Shown here piece after piece: positions 9,132 through 15,338 of a stretch of 15,338 nt of DNA. The stretch comes from a virus. Below the pieces are notes generated by a model. The model ran no database searches, was not told the origin of the DNA, and worked only from the letters and a program-made list of their open reading frames with translations. Numbering within the stretch: position 1 is the first letter of the stretch; every line of letters begins with the position of its first letter. A program made the position numbers and the translations under genes. Location: the UHGV virus genome UHGV-1839376, one strand, 5' to 3'.

Positions 9132-9142
9132 ATGGGCGCGAT

Positions 9143-12100
9143 ATGGCTAAAACAATTACCGGACGAAAAGGCGGGAGCTCCAGTTCCCGAACTCCCACCG
9201 AACAGCCTGATGATCTGCAATCTGTAGCGAAGGCAAAGATCCTCGTTGCGCTTGGGGAAGGGGAGTTTGCTGGACAGCTCACCGGGAAGGATATCTACCT
9301 GGACGGAACGGCGCTGGAGAACGCCGACGGCTCCCAAAACTTCAGCGGCGTTACGTGGGAATTTCGTCCGGGGACTCAGGCACAAAAATATATTCAGGGT
9401 ATCCCCGGCACCGAAAATGAAATCAGCGTGGGCACCGAAGTGTCAAGCACCACCGGCTGGACACATACCTTTACCAACACGCAACTGTCAGCCGTTCGCC
9501 TGCGCCTCAAGTGGCCATCGCTTTTTAAACAGGAGGATGATGGCGATCTGGTTGGCTATTCAATTAACTACGCTATTGATCTGCAGACCGATGGCGGCAC
9601 CTGGCAGACGGTACTTAATACCAGCGTAACCGGCAAGACAACTTCCGGCTACGAACGCAGCCATCGCATTGACCTACCGCAGGCAGGCAGCACATGGACG
9701 GTGCGCCTGCGTAAGCTAACGGCGGATGCCAACAGCGCGAAAATTGGTGACACGATGACGCTGCAGAGCTATACAGAGGTCATTGACGCCAAACTGCGTT
9801 ATCCAAATACCGCGCTGCTGTACATCGAATTCGACTCAAGCCAGTTTAACGGCTCTATCCCGCAAATATCCTGCGAACCGCGAGGGCGTGTAATCCGCGT
9901 TCCGGATACGTATGACCCGGAGACCCGCACCTATAGCGGCACATGGACGGGGGCGTTTAAGTGGGCGTGGACGGATAATCCAGCCTGGATTTTTTACGAT
10001 CTGGTGGTGAGCGACCGCTTTGGGCTGGGCAATCGCCTGACGGCGGCCAATATTGATAAATGGACGCTTTACCAGGTCGCGCAATATTGCGATCAGCCGG
10101 TTCCTGATGGTAAAGGCGGTAGCGGCACTGAGCCTCGCTATACCTGCAACGTGTATGTGCAGGAGAGGAATGACGCCTATACCGTGTTACGAGATTTTGC
10201 GGCGATATTCCGGGGCATGACTTACTGGGGTGGCGATCAAATCGTTGCGCTGGCGGATATGCCCCGCGATGTGGATTACAGCTACACGCGTGCAAACGTG
10301 GTTAATGGGCGCTTTACCTATTCGGGCAGCACCACGAAAACCCGCTATACCACAGCACTGGTTTCCTGGTCCGATCCGGGTAATGCCTACGCGGATGCGA
10401 TGGAGCCTGTATTTGAGCAGGATCTCGTTGCTCGCTTTGGCACAAATCAGCTCGAAATGACAGCCATTGGTTGTACCAGACAGTCAGAAGCGAACCGAAA
10501 GGGGCGCTGGGGTATTCTCACCAACAACAAGGATCGCGTTGTTTCGTTCGATGTCGGGCTGGACGGAAACATACCGCAGCCTGGCTATATCATCGCTGTG
10601 GCAGACGAGCTGCTTTCCGGAAAGGTTATGGGCGGACGCATCAGCGCCGTTAATGGTCGCGTTATCAAACTTGACCGTGTAGCTGATGCGGCAGCAGGTG
10701 ATCGCCTTATCCTCAACCTTCCCTCCGGAGCGTCACAGAGCAGGACAATTCAGGCGGTTAACGGGGAATCGGTCACAGTCACCACTGCATACAGTGAGAC
10801 GCCGCAGGCCGAAGCTGTCTGGGTGGTTGAGTCAAACGAACTGTACGCACAGCAGTACCGTGTTGTGAGCGTCACTGATAACGATGATGGCACTTTCACC
10901 ATTACCGGTGCATGGCACGATCCGGATAAATATGCCCGAATCGATACCGGAGCCATTATTGACCAGCGGCCGGTGAGCGTGATCCCGCCGGGCAATCAGT
11001 CACCGCCAGACAACATCGTAATCAGTTCGTTTTCGGTGGTGCAGCAGAATATCAGCGTCGAAACCATGCGCGTGAGCTGGGACCAGGCGCAGAATGCTAT
11101 CGCCTATGAAGCGCAATGGCGCCGCAACGACGGGAACTGGGTTAACGTGCCGCGCAGTTCCACCACGTCATTCGACGTTCCTGGGATTTATGCCGGGCGC
11201 TATCTGGTACGTGTACGCGCCATCAATGCCGCAGAAATTTCATCCGGGTGGGGATATTCGGAAGAGAAAACGCTGACGGGTAAAGTGGGCAATCCGCCGA
11301 AACCGGTCGGCTTCATCGCTTCCGATAATGTGGTATTCGGTATCGAGCTGAGCTGGGGATTCCCGGCGAACACCGACGACACGCTGAAGACGGAAATTCA
11401 GTACAGTCTGACTGGGACGGAAGACGATGCGATGCTGCTGGCAGACGTACCCTATCCGCAGCGCAAGTATCAGCAGATGGGCCTAAAGGCTGGGCAAATT
11501 TTCTGGTACCGCGCGCAGCTGGTGGACCGCAGCGGAAACGAATCAGGGTATACAGACTTTGTGCGCGGGCAGGCCAGCATCGATGTATCCGATATCACCG
11601 ATGCAATCCTGGAGGACATGAAAGGCTCCGATACGTTCAAAGACCTGATCGAGAACGCGGTAGACAGCAATGAAAAAATTGCTGGTATGGCTGACGACAT
11701 TAAACAGGCCAACGACGAACTGGCGCAACAGGCGCAGGATATCGCCAAAAACGCCCAGGATATCGGGAAGGTTCAGACCAGCGTTACAAACCTGTCGAGC
11801 ACGGTCGGAGATGTGTCTTCTTCTCTGAGCAAGCTTGAGCAGACAGTGGCGACGGCTGATACCGCGCTGAGCCAGCGCATCGATAACATCAGCGTGTCTG
11901 TGGACGGTATGACGGGTGGTGTAAAGAACTCGGCTATCGCTATAATCCAGAACGGGCTGGCACAGGTTACTTCCCGCCGCTCTCAAACCGTGACAAACGC
12001 GGGTAACAGCGCCAGCATTGACCGTATCGATACCACCATTGCAGATACCAGCCAGGCCGTTGCTCGCGCGCTGGTGACGCTTGATGCGTCTGCCGGTGGC

Positions 12101-12688
12101 AATGTTTCCAACTCCACCGACCTCACCGAAACGCTGGCTGATTTCACTCAGGCGTCGGCCACGAAAATCAACACGCTGACTGTTACCTCCGGAGAAAATA
12201 CTGCAGCCATTACGGTAAACGCAAAGGCCGTGGCTGATGTGAATAATAATCTCAGTGCGATGTACAACATTAAAGTGGGTGTCTCCAGCAACGGGCAGTA
12301 TTACGCTGCGGGGATGGGGATCGGCGTTGAGAATACGCCGTCCGGGATGCAGTCGCAGGTTATCTTCCTGGCTGACCGCTTCGCCGTCACCACGGCAGCA
12401 GGTAACAGCGTGGCTTTGCCGTTTGTGATCCAGAACGGGCAGACATTCATCCGGGCCAGTTTCATCCAGGACGGCACTATCAGCAACGCAAAGATTGGTA
12501 ATTTTATCCAGTCGAACAATTATGTTGCTGGTTCTGCTGGCTGGAAGCTTGATAAAGGGGGGACGTTTGAGAACTACGGTTCGACTGCTGGTGAGGGAGC
12601 CATGAAACTGACAAATCAGACGATCAGCGTCAAAGATGGCAGTAATGTTCTTAGGGTGCAGGTTGGCCGATTAACGGGAGTATTCTGA
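9143..12688 (+). CDS. J: Tail tip / central fibre host-specificity protein (lambda gpJ-like), with a C-terminal region unlike lambda J
   Basis: 1181 aa; blocks such as YTEVIDAKLRYPNTALLYIEFDSSQF and KWTLYQVAQYCDQPVPDG...TEPRYTCNVY match lambda J as recalled. The C-terminal part, from a coiled-coil-like region onward, differs from lambda J. Confidence 0.92.
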   Translation: MAKTITGRKGGSSSSRTPTEQPDDLQSVAKAKILVALGEGEFAGQLTGKDIYLDGTALENADGSQNFSGVTWEFRPGTQAQKYIQGIPGTENEISVGTEVSSTTGWTHTFTNTQLSAVRLRLKWPSLFKQEDDGDLVGYSINYAIDLQTDGGTWQTVLNTSVTGKTTSGYERSHRIDLPQAGSTWTVRLRKLTADANSAKIGDTMTLQSYTEVIDAKLRYPNTALLYIEFDSSQFNGSIPQISCEPRGRVIRVPDTYDPETRTYSGTWTGAFKWAWTDNPAWIFYDLVVSDRFGLGNRLTAANIDKWTLYQVAQYCDQPVPDGKGGSGTEPRYTCNVYVQERNDAYTVLRDFAAIFRGMTYWGGDQIVALADMPRDVDYSYTRANVVNGRFTYSGSTTKTRYTTALVSWSDPGNAYADAMEPVFEQDLVARFGTNQLEMTAIGCTRQSEANRKGRWGILTNNKDRVVSFDVGLDGNIPQPGYIIAVADELLSGKVMGGRISAVNGRVIKLDRVADAAAGDRLILNLPSGASQSRTIQAVNGESVTVTTAYSETPQAEAVWVVESNELYAQQYRVVSVTDNDDGTFTITGAWHDPDKYARIDTGAIIDQRPVSVIPPGNQSPPDNIVISSFSVVQQNISVETMRVSWDQAQNAIAYEAQWRRNDGNWVNVPRSSTTSFDVPGIYAGRYLVRVRAINAAEISSGWGYSEEKTLTGKVGNPPKPVGFIASDNVVFGIELSWGFPANTDDTLKTEIQYSLTGTEDDAMLLADVPYPQRKYQQMGLKAGQIFWYRAQLVDRSGNESGYTDFVRGQASIDVSDITDAILEDMKGSDTFKDLIENAVDSNEKIAGMADDIKQANDELAQQAQDIAKNAQDIGKVQTSVTNLSSTVGDVSSSLSKLEQTVATADTALSQRIDNISVSVDGMTGGVKNSAIAIIQNGLAQVTSRRSQTVTNAGNSASIDRIDTTIADTSQAVARALVTLDASAGGNVSNSTDLTETLADFTQASATKINTLTVTSGENTAAITVNAKAVADVNNNLSAMYNIKVGVSSNGQYYAAGMGIGVENTPSGMQSQVIFLADRFAVTTAAGNSVALPFVIQNGQTFIRASFIQDGTISNAKIGNFIQSNNYVAGSAGWKLDKGGTFENYGSTAGEGAMKLTNQTISVKDGSNVLRVQVGRLTGVF

Positions 12689-12689
12689 A

Positions 12690-12992
12690 ATGGCTTATGG
12701 AATACAGACCTGGGATGCTTCAGGAAAACCCAACAACTATGGCATCAAACCCGTTTCCGTCGTTGGGCGAATACAGCTGGCTGCCGGGCAAACCTCCGGC
12801 AGCTGGTCTTTTACGGTGCCCTCAGGAATGAAAGTTGGTTTTGTTCTTTCACTTGATGAAGGAGGTAACAGCGTAGGGCGGCGCATTGTCGCGTCAGGGA
12901 GCACAATAACCGTAAGCGCTGCATCTTCTGTAGGTCTGGGTAATTATCCGGCCTCAAAGTGTGAAGTGGTCGTTTTCATGGAGAAAGCATAA
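12690..12992 (+). CDS. Hypothetical protein (100 aa), first gene of the J-distal cassette; function unknown
   Basis: ATG 2 nt after the J stop, GGGAG RBS 9 nt upstream; stop overlaps the next start (TAATG). No recognisable catalytic motif. Confidence 0.7.
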   Translation: MAYGIQTWDASGKPNNYGIKPVSVVGRIQLAAGQTSGSWSFTVPSGMKVGFVLSLDEGGNSVGRRIVASGSTITVSAASSVGLGNYPASKCEVVVFMEKA

Positions 12993-13666
12993 TGGCCGAA
13001 TTTGGCGCGATGATATTAATGGACAACGGGAACCCATTTGTAACGCCCCAGTCAACGCCTTTTTGTCTTTACGGCAAGTACACTTTCAACTCCTCTGCTA
13101 ATGGCAGTTCGCAGCAGGTTGCTCAGAATATTGCATTAAATGCTGACTACCCTGTGATGGTATTTATCAGGACCACAAATACCGCCCAGCCCACGCCAGT
13201 AATATCTTACCGGAACGGAGGAAATGTATATGTCGCGGGGGTTAATCCCTATAACCAGAGCTTCACGTTAACCGCATATATATTTGCCATATTTCCCCAG
13301 ACGTTACCGAAATGGGGGATGGCCATCTGGGATGCGGCAGGAAAGCTGGTGCTCACTAATGAGTCCCGGGTGTTGTCCGACCTACAGACAATTGGAACGC
13401 CTGGCGCAAACGGAGGGATAAATATCGATCAGACACTTAGCGGGCCATGGGCTGTTGCACCTGCACAGCTTGGCCAAAGCATCGTTGTGAATAACTCAAC
13501 CCAGCCTCCGACAATCTACACCATTAATGCTTATTCGGCGTGCAGGTTTGACGGGGCCAATACGAGGATAAACGCAGGGGGGTCCTCCACTGGCACAGGC
13601 TCTCCGGGGGGGCTAACGAAGGCTGGCATTTCCTTAACCGCGATAAATACAGCGGCCTATGACTGA
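12992..13666 (+). CDS. Hypothetical protein (224 aa), second gene of the J-distal cassette; appears to hold two copies of the domain found in the preceding protein
   Basis: Translationally coupled to the upstream ORF; GGAG RBS. Internal segment KWGMAIWDAAGK resembles the N-terminus MAYGIQTWDASGK of the preceding protein, and the underlying DNA is also similar (16 of 19 nt). Confidence 0.7.
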   Translation: MAEFGAMILMDNGNPFVTPQSTPFCLYGKYTFNSSANGSSQQVAQNIALNADYPVMVFIRTTNTAQPTPVISYRNGGNVYVAGVNPYNQSFTLTAYIFAIFPQTLPKWGMAIWDAAGKLVLTNESRVLSDLQTIGTPGANGGINIDQTLSGPWAVAPAQLGQSIVVNNSTQPPTIYTINAYSACRFDGANTRINAGGSSTGTGSPGGLTKAGISLTAINTAAYD

Positions 13667-13718
13667 TTGATCGTTTTGGGCGATCAATAACTGATAATTG
13701 ATCTATCAAATCAATTAT
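13666..13718 (+). promoter_or_regulatory. Intergenic inverted-repeat cluster: 8-bp stem hairpin (13666-13688) and perfect 9-bp inverted repeat ATAATTGAT-N7-ATCAATTAT (13694-13718); candidate operator/regulatory region upstream of the lipoprotein gene
   Basis: Repeats read directly from the sequence; TTGAT/ATCAA half-sites recur at least five times within 55 bp. No confident -35/-10 pair identified. Confidence 0.4.
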
Positions 13719-13777
13719 ACCCACCTCTTTCATGTTGGTATTGTCTAAGTTCATGAATACCTCTGGATATCATCAAA

Positions 13778-14011
13778 ATGATTAAGCTTCTTATCGGTAT
13801 GGCTTGCGCTGCCATGCTTTCAGGTTGCGCTGGTGTACTTGAGAAACAGGAACCGATTTGCAGCGGCACGGCATATATGGGTGGCCATGAGAATACCGTT
13901 ATGATTTACGCCGTTCGAAAGCAAAACAACCAGACGCAATACCGGGCCGGATATCCCTTTAACTGGCGCTGGGTAAGTGCGAACACATTCACAAGCACGA
14001 CATGTAAATAA
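13778..14011 (+). CDS. cor: Small outer-membrane lipoprotein, Cor/Llp-like (putative receptor-blocking superinfection exclusion protein)
   Basis: 77 aa; signal peptide with lipobox LSGC (MIKLLIGMACAAMLSGC); two further Cys (ICSGTAYMGGH and C-terminal TTCK) in a pattern reminiscent of T5 Llp as recalled. Lies between J and the tail fibre gene. Weak RBS. Confidence 0.6.
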   Translation: MIKLLIGMACAAMLSGCAGVLEKQEPICSGTAYMGGHENTVMIYAVRKQNNQTQYRAGYPFNWRWVSANTFTSTTCK

Positions 14012-14031
14012 CTCATGACTTTCAATGCAAA

Positions 14032-14053
14032 CCTCGCCTCGGCGGGGTTTTTT
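14032..14053 (+). terminator. Rho-independent terminator after the lipoprotein gene (stem CCTCGC/GCGGGG with one G-U pair, CTCG loop, 6-T run)
   Basis: Read directly from the sequence, 21 nt after the TAA stop at 14009-14011. Confidence 0.55.
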
Positions 14054-14069
14054 ATTGCCTGGAGAAAAT

Positions 14070-15338
14070 ATGCTTTATAACACAGGAACTATCTCTATTA
14101 ACGGAAATACCGCAACCGGATCCGGTACAAACTGGACTGCACCGGCCAGCCAGGTTCGCGCTGGCCAGACGATTATTGTCATGTCTAACCCGGTTCAGAT
14201 GTTCCAGATTTCATCCGTGAATAGCGCCACGTCAATGACGGTAACGCCTGCTGCATCACCGGCGCTGAGCGGCCAGAAGTACGGCATTCTGGTATCAGAC
14301 AATATCTCGGTTGATGGACTGGCACAGGCTATGTCGCAGCTCATCAAAGAGTACGACGAGAACATTGGCGCGTGGGAGGCGTTCGCCACCACATCAGCAA
14401 ACCAGAGCATCACCGTCACCATAAACGGCACCCCTGTTACGATCCCCGGCATCGGTAAACTGGCGCAGAAAGGGAGCAACGGTGCGCTTGCTGTTGCAGA
14501 CGGCGGGACCGGGGCAACGACTGCAGCAGCCGCTCGATCAAGCCTCGGTTTGGGAAGTAGTGCAATCCTCAATGTAGGTAATGCTGCAGGCAATGTCATC
14601 ACACGAGGAAGCGGCATATCAGCAAGCTACTCTGATGTAAACCTTGTGCTCTTTATGAAGAGCATTGGATCTGGATGGTATCGAAATTTGCTGGCCGGGA
14701 TAGGCATGTACCAATATTCAGCAGGATTTTATTCGTATACTGGTGATACGCATGCCTATATCCAGGTTGACTATGCTACCGGGAATGTCAGAGCTCTAGG
14801 GACGGGAGATAATCTGTTAGCGGACGGTATAGTAAAAATCAACACGCTATATGGAACAGTAAATACAACAAAATCCAGCGATGGCACCATTAAAGCAGCA
14901 TCACCAGTGGCCCGTATTGTGACGAGTCGTGACGTATGCCAGCGAGCTGATATAGCGGAGGATGGTTTCTCCTGGTGCGGCTGTGGAACGGCTAACCCTG
15001 AAGCAGAGGGAGTAACCCTTTCTCGCCTCGATGTTGGGATTTACATGCTAACCGGCTCGGCTGGCTTGGCGTCAGATGGATGGCAACTGCTGCCCCCAAT
15101 GGACCCTGGCGGCATGGGAGAGTTGGGAGTGGTTGAGGCAGAGCAAACCGATAGCGGCGAGCTGACAATCCGTCTTTTCAAGCGAAAATATATCCTGAGC
15201 GATGAAGGTGAGGTCATCAAAACCAAAGGTGAACCGATTGACGTCCCGGCGAACAGCTGGATCGATGTTCGTCTGGATATGCCAGTGGATAGCATCTGGA
15301 ACCCCAAAGTTTCCGGTTCTTCTCTCGAACTCCAGTGA
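14070..15338 (+). CDS. Side tail fibre protein (422 aa) with conserved N-terminal region and variable C-terminal domain
   Basis: GGAG RBS 5 nt before ATG 14070. The motif GALAVADGGTGATTAAAARSSLGLGS is typical of phage tail fibre proteins. The ORF-track start at 14025 would run through the terminator hairpin. Stop TGA at 15336-15338 coincides with the window end. Confidence 0.8.
   Translation: MLYNTGTISINGNTATGSGTNWTAPASQVRAGQTIIVMSNPVQMFQISSVNSATSMTVTPAASPALSGQKYGILVSDNISVDGLAQAMSQLIKEYDENIGAWEAFATTSANQSITVTINGTPVTIPGIGKLAQKGSNGALAVADGGTGATTAAAARSSLGLGSSAILNVGNAAGNVITRGSGISASYSDVNLVLFMKSIGSGWYRNLLAGIGMYQYSAGFYSYTGDTHAYIQVDYATGNVRALGTGDNLLADGIVKINTLYGTVNTTKSSDGTIKAASPVARIVTSRDVCQRADIAEDGFSWCGCGTANPEAEGVTLSRLDVGIYMLTGSAGLASDGWQLLPPMDPGGMGELGVVEAEQTDSGELTIRLFKRKYILSDEGEVIKTKGEPIDVPANSWIDVRLDMPVDSIWNPKVSGSSLELQ

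Noticed and set aside
13524-13754. Minus-strand ORF (76 aa) spanning the 3' end of the 224-aa gene and the intergenic repeats
   Set aside because: It mostly overlaps the plus-strand CDS; no RBS or homology. The intergenic part is better explained as a regulatory inverted-repeat region.
13688-13777. Sigma70 promoter for the lipoprotein gene
   Set aside because: Only weak candidates (for example gATAAT at 13693-13698 with a TTGATC box 20 bp upstream, and TATcAT at 13768-13773 too close to the start codon); spacing is suboptimal, so no promoter is called.
14025-14069. Upstream ATG 14025 as the tail fibre start
   Set aside because: That extension would be translated through the terminator hairpin and T-run; ATG 14070 has a GGAG RBS at proper spacing and begins the conserved fibre N-terminus.
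1-15338. Interpretation as a dedicated F-type tailocin (bacteriocin) cluster
   Set aside because: Remnants of head genes (capsid 3' fragment, FI, FII) are present, which fits a deletion-derived defective prophage better than a dedicated tailocin locus. No lysis or regulatory genes are visible. Cannot be excluded without flanking sequence.

Overview
The window is the late structural arm of a lambda-like (lambdoid siphovirus) prophage from an enterobacterial-type genome, all on the + strand. Gene order is canonical lambda: a 5'-truncated major capsid gene (E), then FI, FII, Z, U, V, G/G-T (programmed -1 frameshift), H (tape measure), M, L, K, I and J. Downstream of J is a lower-GC cassette (about 43-50% versus about 55-62% in the tail genes): two translationally coupled genes of unknown function built from an apparently repeated domain, a small Cor/Llp-like lipoprotein gene with its own terminator, and a side tail fibre gene ending at the window edge. 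No rRNA, tRNA, CRISPR array, integrase or transposase was seen. Assignments rest on recalled similarity to lambda proteins and on motifs read directly from the translations; no database search was run. I do not see clear evidence of a known defence or toxin system. The best candidates for something undescribed are the J-distal two-gene cassette and the inverted-repeat-rich intergenic region before the lipoprotein gene. The capsid gene is cut off about 64 bp into the window, so this may be a defective prophage remnant.
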